The notes beneath the pieces were generated by a model. It did no database searches, was not told where the DNA came from, and was given only the letters and a program-made list of their open reading frames with translations. Positions 40,363-54,400 of a stretch of 64,000 nucleotides of DNA are shown here, piece by piece. Every line of letters begins with the position of its first letter. Positions within the stretch are counted from its first letter, which is position 1. The stretch comes from Auanema rhodensis (lineage: Eukaryota; Animalia; Nematoda). The DNA lies in assembly GCA_964057225.1 (NCBI GenBank), contig OZ059898.1, positions 17,050,001-17,114,000 of the forward strand, given 5' to 3'. The position numbers and the translations under genes are program-made.

Positions 40363-43300
40363 CTTATATCCTCGATTTTCACCCTGAAGAATTATTTTTT
40401 TCGTTGAATAACATTGTCCATCGTCTTTGCCTTGAAAAAAGGAATCTAAAAACATCTACTTTTTGCTAAATTATTCTGAAATTTTTCGAAAAAATTTTTG
40501 TCAAAATGTTTTTGGAAGCAATGTTGAGTGTACATGGAAACTCAACATACACTAATGCATCATTTTTCAAACGATCATAACTAATTTTTGTATTAAGCGT
40601 TTCTCAATGTAGTATAGTGCATTCGATGCGGATTTTTAAACTGCGTCGATCTGTGTTATCAGATTTGCGCTAGCTTAAAAATGCACCGAGATATGAACTG
40701 ATATAAGTTCACACTTATATCCTCGATTTTCACCCTGAAGAATTATTTTTTTCGTTGAATAACATTGTCCATCGTCTTTGCCTTGAAAAAAGGAATCTAA
40801 AAATATCTACTTTTTGCTAAATTATTCTGAAATGTTTCGAAAAAATTTTTGTCAAAATGTTTTTGGAAGCAATTTTGAGTGTACATGGAAACTCAACATA
40901 CACTAATGCATCATTTTTCAAACGATCATAACTAATTTTTGTATTAAGCGTTTCTCAATGTAGTATAGTGCATTTGATGCGGATTTTTAAGCTGCGTCGA
41001 TCTGTGTTATCAAATTTGCGCTAGCTTAAAAATGCACCGAGATATCAACTGGTATAAGTTCACACTTATATCCTCGATTTTCACCCTGAAGAAATAATTT
41101 TTTCGTTGAATAACATTGTCCATCGTCTTTGCCTTGAAAAAAGGAATCTAAAAACATCTACTTTTTGCTAAATTATTCTGAAATGTTTCGAAAAAATTTT
41201 TGTCAAAATGTTTTTGGAAGCAATTTTGAGTGTACATGGAAACTCAACATACACTAATGCATCATTTTTCAAACGATCATAACTAATTTTTGTATTAAGC
41301 GTTTCTCAATGTAGTATAGTGCATTTGATGCGGATTTTCAAACTGCGTCGATCTGTGTTATCAGATTTGCGCTAGCTTAAAAATGCACCGAGATATCAAC
41401 TGATATAAGTTCACACTTATATCCTCGATTTTCACCCTGAAGAATTATTTTTTTCGTTGAATAACATTGTCCATCGTCTTTGCCTTGAAAAAAGGAATCT
41501 AAAAACATCTACTTTTTGCTAAATTATTCTGAAATTTTTCGAAAAAATTTTTGTCAAAATGTTTTTGGAAGCAATGTTGAGTGTACATGGAAACTCAACA
41601 TACACTAATGCATCATTTTCCAAACGATCATAACTAATTTTTGTATTAAGCGTTTCTCAATGTAGTATAGTGCATTCGATGCGGATTTTTAAACTGCGTC
41701 GATCTGTGTTATCAGATTTGCGCTAGCTTAAAAATGCACCGAGATATCAACTGATATAAGTTCACACTTATATCCTCGATTTTCACCCTGAAGAATTATT
41801 TTTTTCGTTGAATAACATTGTCCATCGTCTTTGCCTTGAAAAAAGGAATCTAAAAACATCTACTTTTTGCTAAATTATTTTGAAATTTTTCGAAAAAATT
41901 TTTGTCAAAATGTTTTTGGAAGCAATGTTGAGTGTACATGGAAACTCAACATACACTAATGCATCATTTTTCAAACGATCATAACTAATTTTTGTATTAA
42001 GCGTTTCTCAATGTAGTATAGTGCATTCGATGCGGATTTTTAAACTGCGTCGATCTGTGTTATCAGATTTGCGCTAGCTTAAAAATGCACCGAGATATGA
42101 ACTGATATAAGTTCACACTTATATCCTCGATTTTCACCCTGAAGAATTATTTTTTTCGTTGAATAACATTGTCCATCGTCTTTGCCTTGAAAAAAGGAAT
42201 CTAAAAACATCTACTTTTTGCTAAATTATTCTGAAATTTTTCGAAAAAATTTTTGTCAAAATGTTTTTGGAAGCAATGTTGAGTGTACATGGAAACTCAA
42301 CATACACTAATGCATCATTTTTCAAACGATCATAACTAATTTTTGTATTAAGCGTTTCTCAATGTAGTATAGTGCATTCGATGCGGATTTTTAAACTGCG
42401 TCGATCTGTGTTATCAGATTTGCGCTAGCTTAAAAATGCACCGAGATATGAACTGATATAAGTTCACACTTATATCCTCGATTTTCACCCTGAAGAATTA
42501 TTTTTTTCGTTGAATAACATTGTCCATCGTCTTTGCCTTGAAAAAAGGAATCTAAAAATATCTACTTTTTGCTAAATTATTCTGAAATGTTTCGAAAAAA
42601 TTTTTGTCAAAATGTTTTTGGAAGCAATTTTGAGTGTACATGGAAACTCAACATACACTAATGCATCATTTTTCAAACGATCATAACTAATTTTTGTATT
42701 AAGCGTTTCTCAATGTAGTATAGTGCATTTGATGCGGATTTTTAAGCTGCGTCTATCTGTGTTATCAAATTTGCGCTAGCTTAAAAATGCACCGAGATAT
42801 CAACTGGTATAAGTTCACACTTATATCCTCGATTTTCACCCTGAAGAAATAATTTTTTCGTTGAATAACATTGTCCATCGTCTTTGCCTTGAAAAAAGGA
42901 ATCTAAAAACATCTGCTTTTTGCTAAATTATTCTGAAATGTTTCGAAAAAATTTTTGTCAAAATGTTTTTGGAAGCAATTTTGAGTGTACATGGAAACTC
43001 AACATACACTAATGCATCATTTTTCAAACGATCATAACTAATTTTTGTATTAAGCGTTTCTCAATGTAGTATAGTGCATTTGATGCGGATTTTCAAACTG
43101 CGTCGATCTGTGTTATCAGATTTGCGCTAGCTTAAAAATGCACCGAGATATCAACTGATATAAGTTCACACTTATATCCTCGATTTTCACCCTGAAGAAT
43201 TATTTTTTTCGTTGAATAACATTGTCCATCGTCTTTGCCTTGAAAAAAGGAATCTAAAAACATCTACTTTTTGCTAAATTATTCTGAAATTTTTCGAAAA

Positions 43301-43872
43301 AATTTTTGTCAAAATGTTTTTGGAAGCAATGTTGAGTGTACATGGAAACTCAACATACACTAATGCATCATTTTCCAAACGATCATAACTAATTTTTGTA
43401 TTAAGCGTTTCTCAATGTAGTATAGTGCATTCGATGCGGATTTTTAAACTGCGTCGATCTGTGTTATCAGATTTGCGCTAGCTTAAAAATGCACCGAGAT
43501 ATCAACTGATATAAGTTCACACTTATATCCTCGATTTTCACCCTGAAGAATTATTTTTTTCGTTGAATAACATTGTCCATCGTCTTTGCCTTGAAAAAAG
43601 GAATTTAAAAACATCTACTTTTTGCTAAATTATTTTGAAATTTTTCGAAAAAATTTTTGTCAAAATGTTTTTGGAAGCAATGTTGAGTGTACATGGAAAC
43701 TCAACATACACTAATGCATCATTTTTCAAACGATCATAACTAATTTTTGTATTAAGCGTTTCTCAATGTAGTATAGTGCATTCGATGCGGATTTTTAAAC
43801 TGCGTCGATCTGTGTTATCAGATTTGCGCTAGCTTAAAAATGCACCGAGATATGAACTGATATAAGTTCACA
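40363..43872. repeat. 5-monomer tandem duplication (1755 bp)
   Basis: aaaatatctac (about 40804/42559), ttttcaaactg (about 41339/43094) and ttttccaaa (about 41620/43375) recur at 1755 bp. Confidence 0.88.
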
Positions 43873-45625
43873 CTTATATCCTCGATTTTCACCCTGAAGA
43901 ATTATTTTTTTCGTTGAATAACATTGTCCATCGTCTTTGCCTTGAAAAAAGAAATCTAAAAACATCTACTTTTTGCTAAATTATTCTGAAATTTTTCGAA
44001 AAAATTTTTGTCAAAATGTTTTTGGAAGCAATGTTGAGTGTACATGGAAACTCAACATACACTAATGCATCATTTTTCAAACGATCATAACTAATTTTTG
44101 TATTAAGCGTTTCTCAATGTAGTATAGTGCATTCGATGCGGATTTTCAAGCTGCGTCGATCTGTGTTATCAGATTTTCGTTAGCTTAAAAATGCACCGAG
44201 ATATCAACTGATATAAGTTCACACTTATATCCTCGATTTTCACCCTGAAGAATTAATTTTTTCGTTGAATAACATTGTCCATCGTCTTTGCCTTGAAAAA
44301 AGGAATCTAAAAACATCTACTTTTTGCTAAATTATTTTGAAGTTTTTCGAAAAAATTTTTGTCAAAATGTTTTTGGAAGCAATGTTGAGTGTACATGGAA
44401 ACTCAACATACACTAATGCATCATTTTTCAAACTATCATAACTAATTTTTGTATTAAGCGTTTCTCAATGTAGTATAGTGCATTCGATGCGGATTTTCAA
44501 GCTGCGTCGATCTGTGTTATCAGATTTTCGTTAGCTTAAAAATGCACCGAGATATCAACTGATATAAGTTCACACTTATATCCTCGATTTTCACCCTGAA
44601 GAATTAATTTTTTCGTTGAATAACATTGTCCATCGTCTTTGCCTTGAAAAAAGGAATCTAAAAACATCTACTTTTTGCTAAATTATTTTGAAGTTTTTCG
44701 AAAAAATTTTTGTCAAAATGTTTTTGGAAGCAATGTTGAGTGTACATGGAAACTCAACATACACTAATGCATCATTTTTCAAACGATCATAACTAATTTT
44801 TGTATTAAGCGTTTCTCAATGTAGTATAGTGCATTCGATGCGGATTTTTAAGCTGCGTCGATCTGTGTTATCAGATTTGCGCTAGCTTAAAAATGCACCG
44901 AGATATCAACTGATATAAGTTCACACTTATATCCTCGATTTTCACCCTGAAGAAATAATTTTTTCGTTGAAAAACATTGTCCATCGTCTTTGCCTTGAAA
45001 AAAGGAATCTAAAAACATCTACTTTTGCTAAATTATTTTGAAGTTTTTCGAAAAAATTTTGTCAAAATGTTTTTGGAAGCAATGTTGAGTGTACATGGAA
45101 ACTCAACATACACTAATGCATCATTTTTCAAACGATCATAACTAATTTTTGTATTAAGCGTTTCTCAATGTAGTATAGTGCATTCGATGCGGATTTTCAA
45201 GCTGCGTCGATCTGTGTTATCAGATTTGCGCTAGCTTAAAAATGCACCGAGATATCAACTGATATAAGTTCACACTTATATCCTCGATTTTCACCCTGAA
45301 GAATTAATTTTTTTGTTGAATAAAATTGTCCATCGTCTTTGCCTTGAGAAAAGGAATTTGAAAACATCTACTTTTTGCTAAATTATTTTGAAATTTTTCG
45401 AAAAAATTTTTGTCAAAATGTTTTTGGAAGCAATGTTGAGTGTACATGGAAACTCAACATACACTAATGCATCATTTTTCAAACGATCATAACTAATTTT
45501 TGTATTAAGCGTTTCTCAATGTAGTATAGTGCATTTGATGCGGATTTTTAAGCTGCGTCGATCTGTGTTATCAAATTTGCGCTAGCTTAAAAATGCACCG
45601 AGATATCAACTGATATAAGTTCACA

Positions 45626-48433
45626 CTTATATCCTCGATTTTCACCCTGAAGAAATAATTTTTTCGTTGAATAACATTGTCCATCGTCTTTGCCTTGAAA
45701 AAAGGAATCTAAAAACATCTACTTTTTGCTAAATTATTCTGAAATTTTTCGAAAAAATTTTTGTCAAAATGTTTTTGGAAGCAATGTTGAGTGTACATGG
45801 AAACTCAACATACACTAATGCATCATTTTTCAAACGATCATAACTAATTTTTGTATTAAGCGTTTCTCAATGTAGTATAGTGCATTCGATGCGGATTTTT
45901 AAGCTGCGTCGATCTGTGTTATCAGATTTGCGCTAGCTTAAAAATGCACCGAGATATGAACTGATATAAGTTCACACTTATATCCTCGATTTTCACCCTG
46001 AAGAATTATTTTTTTCGTTGAATAACATTGTCCATCGTCTTTGCCTTGAAAAAAGAAATCTAAAAACATCTACTTTTTGCTAAATTATTCTGAAATTTTT
46101 CGAAAAAATTTTTGTCAAAATGTTTTTGGAAGCAATGTTGAGTGTACATGGAAACTCAACATACACTAATGCATCATTTTTCAAACGATCATAACTAATT
46201 TTTGTATTAAGCGTTTCTCAATGTAGTATAGTGCATTCGATGCGGATTTTCAAGCTGCGTCGATCTGTGTTATCAGATTTTCGCTAGCTTAAAAATGCAC
46301 CGAGATATCAACTGATATAAGTTCACACTTATATCCTGGATTTTCACCCTGAAGAATTAATTTTTTCGTTGAATAACATTGTCCATCGTCTTTGCCTTGA
46401 AAAAAGGAATCTAAAAACATCTACTTTTTGCTAAATTATTCTGAAATTTTTCGAAAAAAGTTTTGTCAAAATGTTTTTGGAAGCAATGTTGAGTGTACAT
46501 GGAAACTCAACATACACTAATGCATCATTTTTCAAACGATCATAACTAATTTTTGTATTAAGCGTTTCTCAATGTAGTATAGTGCATTCGATGCGGATTT
46601 TTAAACTGCGTCGATCTGTGTTATCAGATTTGCGCTAGCTTAAAAATGCACCGAGATATGAACTGATATAAGTTCACACTTATATCCTCGATTTTCACCC
46701 TGAAGAATTATTTTTTTCGTTGAATAACATTGTCCATCGTCTTTGCCTTGAAAAAAGGAATCTAAAAACATCTACTTTTTGCTAAATTATTCTGAAATTT
46801 TTCGAAAAAATTTTTGTCAAAATGTTTTTGGAAGCAATGTTGAGTGTACATGGAAACTCAACATACACTAATGCATCATTTTTCAAACGATCATAACTAA
46901 TTTTTGTATTAAGCGTTTCTCAATGTAGTATAGTGCATTTGATGCGGATTTTTAAGCTGCGTCGATCTGTGTTATCAAATTTGCGCTAGCTTAAAAATGC
47001 ACCGAGATATCAACTGATATAAGTTCACACTTATATCCTCGATTTTCACCCTGAAGAAATAATTTTTTCGTTGAATAACATTGTCCATCGTCTTTGCCTT
47101 GAAAAAAGGAATCTAAAAACATCTACTTTTTGCTAAATTATTCTGAAATTTTTCGAAAAAATTTTTGTCAAAATGTTTTTGGAAGCAATGTTGAGTGTAC
47201 ATGGAAACTCAACATACACTAATGCATCATTTTTCAAACGATCATAACTAATTTTTGTATTAAGCGTTTCTCAATGTAGTATAGTGCATTCGATGCGGAT
47301 TTTTAAGCTGCGTCGATCTGTGTTATCAGATTTGCGCTAGCTTAAAAATGCACCGAGATATGAACTGATATAAGTTCACACTTATATCCTCGATTTTCAC
47401 CCTGAAGAATTATTTTTTTCGTTGAATAACATTGTCCATCGTCTTTGCCTTGAAAAAAGAAATCTAAAAACATCTACTTTTTGCTAAATTATTCTGAAAT
47501 TTTTCGAAAAAATTTTTGTCAAAATGTTTTTGGAAGCAATGTTGAGTGTACATGGAAACTCAACATACACTAATGCATCATTTTTCAAACGATCATAACT
47601 AATTTTTGTATTAAGCGTTTCTCAATGTAGTATAGTGCATTCGATGCGGATTTTCAAGCTGCGTCGATCTGTGTTATCAGATTTTCGCTAGCTTAAAAAT
47701 GCACCGAGATATCAACTGATATAAGTTCACACTTATATCCTGGATTTTCACCCTGAAGAATTAATTTTTTCGTTGAATAACATTGTCCATCGTCTTTGCC
47801 TTGAAAAAAGGAATCTAAAAACATCTACTTTTTGCTAAATTATTCTGAAATTTTTCGAAAAAAGTTTTGTCAAAATGTTTTTGGAAGCAATGTTGAGTGT
47901 ACATGGAAACTCAACATACACTAATGCATCATTTTTCAAACGATCATAACTAATTTTTGTATTAAGCGTTTCTCAATGTAGTATAGTGCATTCGATGCGG
48001 ATTTTTAAACTGCGTCGATCTGTGTTATCAGATTTGCGCTAGCTTAAAAATGCACCGAGATATGAACTGATATAAGTTCACACTTATATCCTCGATTTTC
48101 ACCCTGAAGAATTATTTTTTTCGTTGAATAACATTGTCCATCGTCTTTGCCTTGAAAAAAGGAATCTAAAAACATCTACTTTTTGCTAAATTATTCTGAA
48201 ATTTTTCGAAAAAATTTTTGTCAAAATGTTTTTGGAAGCAATGTTGAGTGTACATGGAAACTCAACATACACTAATGCATCATTTTTCAAACGATCATAA
48301 CTAATTTTTGTATTAAGCGTTTCTCAATGTAGTATAGTGCATTCGATGCGGATTTTCAAGCTGCGTCGATCTGTGTTATCAGATTTTCGCTAGCTTAAAA
48401 ATGCACCGAGATATCAACTGATATAAGTTCACA
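45626..48433. repeat. 4-monomer tandem duplication (1404 bp)
   Basis: The aaagaaatc monomer (45977/47381) and the cctgga+aaagtttt monomer (46328/47732) recur at 1404 bp. Confidence 0.8.
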
Positions 48434-51400
48434 CTTATATCCTGGATTTTCACCCTGAAGAATTAATTTTTTCGTTGAATAACATTGTCCATCGTCTTTG
48501 CCTTGAAAAAAGGAATCTAAAAACATCTACTTTTTGCTAAATTATTCTGAAATTTTTCGAAAAAAGTTTTGTCAAAATGTTTTTGGAAGCAATGTTGAGT
48601 GTACATGGAAACTCAACATACACTAATGCATCATTTTTCAAACGATCATAACTAATTTTTGTATTAAGCGTTTCTCAATGTAGTATAGTGCATTCGATGC
48701 GGATTTTTAAGCTGCGTCGATCTGTGTTATCAGATTTGCGCTAGCTTAAAAATGCACCGAGATATGAACTGATATAAGTTCACACTTATATCCTCGATTT
48801 TCACCCTGAAGAATTATTTTTTTCGTTGAATAACATTGTCCATCGTCTTTGCCTTGAAAAAAGAAATCTAAAAACATCTACTTTTTGCTAAATTATTCTG
48901 AAATTTTTCGAAAAAATTTTTGTCAAAATGTTTTTGGAAGCAATGTTGAGTGTACATGGAAACTCAACATACACTAATGCATCATTTTTCAAACGATCAT
49001 AACTAATTTTTGTATTAAGCGTTTCTCAATGTAGTATAGTGCATTCGATGCGGATTTTCAAGCTGCGTCGATCTGTGTTATCAGATTTTCGCTAGCTTAA
49101 AAATGCACCGAGATATCAACTGATATAAGTTCACACTTATATCCTGGATTTTCACCCTGAAGAATTAATTTTTTCGTTGAATAACATTGTCCATCGTCTT
49201 TGCCTTGAAAAAAGGAATCTAAAAACATCTACTTTTTGCTAAATTATTCTGAAATTTTTCGAAAAAAGTTTTGTCAAAATGTTTTTGGAAGCAATGTTGA
49301 GTGTACATGGAAACTCAACATACACTAATGCATCATTTTTCAAACGATCATAACTAATTTTTGTATTAAGCGTTTCTCAATGTAGTATAGTGCATTCGAT
49401 GCGGATTTTTAAACTGCGTCGATCTGTGTTATCAGATTTGCGCTAGCTTAAAAATGCACCGAGATATGAACTGATATAAGTTCACACTTATATCCTCGAT
49501 TTTCACCCTGAAGAATTATTTTTTTCGTTGAATAACATTGTCCATCGTCTTTGCCTTGAAAAAAGGAATCTAAAAACATCTACTTTTTGCTAAATTATTC
49601 TGAAATTTTTCGAAAAAATTTTTGTCAAAATGTTTTTGGAAGCAATGTTGAGTGTACATGGAAACTCAACATACACTAATGCATCATTTTTCAAACGATC
49701 ATAACTAATTTTTGTATTAAGCGTTTCTCAATGTAGTATAGTGCATTCGATGCGGATTTTCAAGCTGCGTCGATCTGTGTTATCAGATTTTCGCTAGCTT
49801 AAAAATGCACCGAGATATCAACTGATATAAGTTCACACTTATATCCTGGATTTTCACCCTGAAGAATTAATTTTTTCGTTGAATAACATTGTCCATCGTC
49901 TTTGCCTTGAAAAAAGGAATCTAAAAACATCTACTTTTTGCTAAATTATTCTGAAATTTTTCGAAAAAAGTTTTGTCAAAATGTTTTTGGAAGCAATGTT
50001 GAGTGTACATGGAAACTCAACATACACTAATGCATCATTTTTCAAACGATCATAACTAATTTTTGTATTAAGCGTTTCTCAATGTAGTATAGTGCATTCG
50101 ATGCGGATTTTTAAACTGCGTCGATCTGTGTTATCAGATTTGCGCTAGCTTAAAAATGCACCGAGATATGAACTGATATAAGTTCACACTTATATCCTCG
50201 ATTTTCACCCTGAAGAATTATTTTTTTCGTTGAATAACATTGTCCATCGTCTTTGCCTTGAAAAAAGGAATCTAAAAACATCTACTTTTTGCTAAATTAT
50301 TCTGAAATTTTTCGAAAAAATTTTTGTCAAAATGTTTTTGGAAGCAATGTTGAGTGTACATGGAAACTCAACATACACTAATGCATCATTTTTCAAACGA
50401 TCATAACTAATTTTTGTATTAAGCGTTTCTCAATGTAGTATAGTGCATTCGATGCGGATTTTCAAGCTGCGTCGATCTGTGTTATCAGATTTTCGCTAGC
50501 TTAAAAATGCACCGAGATATCAACTGATATAAGTTCACACTTATATCCTGGATTTTCACCCTGAAGAATTAATTTTTTCGTTGAATAACATTGTCCATCG
50601 TCTTTGCCTTGAAAAAAGGAATCTAAAAACATCTACTTTTTGCTAAATTATTCTGAAATTTTTCGAAAAAAGTTTTGTCAAAATGTTTTTGGAAGCAATG
50701 TTGAGTGTACATGGAAACTCAACATACACTAATGCATCATTTTTCAAACGATCATAACTAATTTTTGTATTAAGCGTTTCTCAATGTAGTATAGTGCATT
50801 CGATGCGGATTTTTAAACTGCGTCGATCTGTGTTATCAGATTTGCGCTAGCTTAAAAATGCACCGAGATATGAACTGATATAAGTTCACACTTATATCCT
50901 CGATTTTCACCCTGAAGAATTATTTTTTTCGTTGAATAACATTGTCCATCGTCTTTGCCTTGAAAAAAGGAATCTAAAAACATCTACTTTTTGCTAAATT
51001 ATTCTGAAATTTTTCGAAAAAATTTTTGTCAAAATGTTTTTGGAAGCAATGTTGAGTGTACATGGAAACTCAACATACACTAATGCATCATTTTTCAAAC
51101 GATCATAACTAATTTTTGTATTAAGCGTTTCTCAATGTAGTATAGTGCATTCGATGCGGATTTTTAAGCTGCGTCGATCTGTGTTATCAGATTTGCGCTA
51201 GCTTAAAAATGCACCGAGATATGAACTGATATAAGTTCACACTTATATCCTCGATTTTCACCCTGAAGAATTATTTTTTTCGTTGAATAACATTGTCCAT
51301 CGTCTTTGCCTTGAAAAAAGAAATCTAAAAACATCTACTTTTTGCTAAATTATTCTGAAATTTTTCGAAAAAATTTTTGTCAAAATGTTTTTGGAAGCAA

Positions 51401-54400
51401 TGTTGAGTGTACATGGAAACTCAACATACACTAATGCATCATTTTTCAAACGATCATAACTAATTTTTGTATTAAGCGTTTCTCAATGTAGTATAGTGCA
51501 TTCGATGCCGATTTTCAAGCTGCGTCGATCTGTGTTATCAGATTTTCGCTAGCTTAAAAATGCACCGAGATATCAACTGATATAAGTTCACACTTATATC
51601 CTCGATTTTCACCCTGAAGAATTAATTTTTTCGTTGAATAACATTGTCCATCGTCTTTGCCTTGAAAAAAGGAATCTAAAAACATCTACTTTTTGCTAAA
51701 TTATTCTGAAGTTTTTCGAAAAAATTTTTGTCAAAATGTTTTTGGAAGCAATGTTGAGTGTACATGGAAACTCAACATACACTAATGCATCATTTTTCAA
51801 ACGATCATAACTAATTTTTGTATTAAGCGTTTCTCAATGTAGTATAGTGCATTCGATGCGGATTTTTAAGCTGCGTCGATCTGTGTTATCAGATTTGCGC
51901 TAGCTTAAAAATGCACCGAGATATCAACTGATATAAGTTCACACTTATATCCTCGATTTTCACCCTGAAGAAATAATTTTTTCGTTGAATAACATTGTCC
52001 ATCGTCTTTGCCTTGAAAAAAGGAATCTAAAAACATCTACTTTTGCTAAATTATTTTGAAGTTTTTCGAAAAAATTTTGTCAAAATGTTTTTGGAAGCAA
52101 TGTTGAGTGTACATGGAAACTCAACATACACTAATGCATCATTTTTCAAACGATCATAACTAATTTTTGTATTAAGCGTTTCTCAATGTAGTATAGTGCA
52201 TTCGATGCGGATTTTTAAACTGCGTCGATCTGTGTTATCAGATTTGCGCTAGCTTAAAAATGCACCGAGATATCAACTGATATAAGTTCACACTTATATC
52301 CTCGATTTTCACCCTGAAGAATTATTATTTTCGTTGAATAACATTGTCCATCGTCTTTGCCTTGAAAAAAGGAATCTAAAAACATCTACTTTTTGCTAAA
52401 TTATTTTGAAGTTTTTCGAAAAAATTTTTGTCAAAATGTTTTTGGAAGCAATGTTGAGTGTACATGGAAACTCAACATACACTAATGCATCATTTTTCAA
52501 ACGATCATAACTAATTTTTGTATTAAGCGTTTCTCAATGTAGTATAGTGCATTCGATGCGGATTTTTAAGCTGCGTCGATCTGTGTTATCAGATTTGCGC
52601 TAGCTTAAAAATGCACCGAGATATGAACTGATATAAGTTCACACTTATATCCTCGATTTTCACCCTGAAGAATTATTTTTTTCGTTGAATAACATTGTCC
52701 ATCGTCTTTGCCTTGAAAAAAGAAATCTAAAAACATCTACTTTTTGCTAAATTATTCTGAAATTTTTCGAAAAAATTTTTGTCAAAATGTTTTTGGAAGC
52801 AATGTTGAGTGTACATGGAAACTCAACATACACTAATGCATCATTTTTCAAACGATCATAACTAATTTTTGTATTAAGCGTTTCTCAATGTAGTATAGTG
52901 CATTCGATGCGGATTTTCAAGCTGCGTCGATCTGTGTTATCAGATTTTCGCTAGCTTAAAAATGCACCGAGATATCAACTGATATAAGTTCACACTTATA
53001 TCCTGGATTTTCACCCTGAAGAATTAATTTTTTCGTTGAATAACATTGTCCATCGTCTTTGCCTTGAAAAAAGGAATCTAAAAACATCTACTTTTTGCTA
53101 AATTATTCTGAAATTTTTCGAAAAAAGTTTTGTCAAAATGTTTTTGGAAGCAATGTTGAGTGTACATGGAAACTCAACATACACTAATGCATCATTTTTC
53201 AAACGATCATAACTAATTTTTGTATTAAGCGTTTCTCAATGTAGTATAGTGCATTCGATGCGGATTTTTAAACTGCGTCGATCTGTGTTATCAGATTTGC
53301 GCTAGCTTAAAAATGCACCGAGATATGAACTGATATAAGTTCACACTTATATCCTCGATTTTCACCCTGAAGAATTATTTTTTTCGTTGAATAACATTGT
53401 CCATCGTCTTTGCCTTGAAAAAAGGAATCTAAAAACATCTACTTTTTGCTAAATTATTCTGAAATTTTTCGAAAAAATTTTTGTCAAAATGTTTTTGGAA
53501 GCAATGTTGAGTGTACATGGAAACTCAACATACACTAATGCATCATTTTTCAAACGATCATAACTAATTTTTGTATTAAGCGTTTCTCAATGTAGTATAG
53601 TGCATTCGATGCGGATTTTCAAGCTGCGTCGATCTGTGTTATCAGATTTTCGCTAGCTTAAAAATGCACCGAGATATCAACTGATATAAGTTCACACTTA
53701 TATCCTGGATTTTCACCCTGAAGAATTAATTTTTTCGTTGAATAACATTGTCCATCGTCTTTGCCTTGAAAAAAGGAATCTAAAAACATCTACTTTTTGC
53801 TAAATTATTCTGAAATTTTTCGAAAAAAGTTTTGTCAAAATGTTTTTGGAAGCAATGTTGAGTGTACATGGAAACTCAACATACACTAATGCATCATTTT
53901 TCAAACGATCATAACTAATTTTTGTATTAAGCGTTTCTCAATGTAGTATAGTGCATTCGATGCGGATTTTTAAGCTGCGTCGATCTGTGTTATCAGATTT
54001 GCGCTAGCTTAAAAATGCACCGAGATATGAACTGATATAAGTTCACACTTATATCCTCGATTTTCACCCTGAAGAATTATTTTTTTCGTTGAATAACATT
54101 GTCCATCGTCTTTGCCTTGAAAAAAGAAATCTAAAAACATCTACTTTTTGCTAAATTATTCTGAAATTTTTCGAAAAAATTTTTGTCAAAATGTTTTTGG
54201 AAGCAATGTTGAGTGTACATGGAAACTCAACATACACTAATGCATCATTTTTCAAACGATCATAACTAATTTTTGTATTAAGCGTTTCTCAATGTAGTAT
54301 AGTGCATTCGATGCGGATTTTCAAGCTGCGTCGATCTGTGTTATCAGATTTTCGCTAGCTTAAAAATGCACCGAGATATCAACTGATATAAGTTCACACT

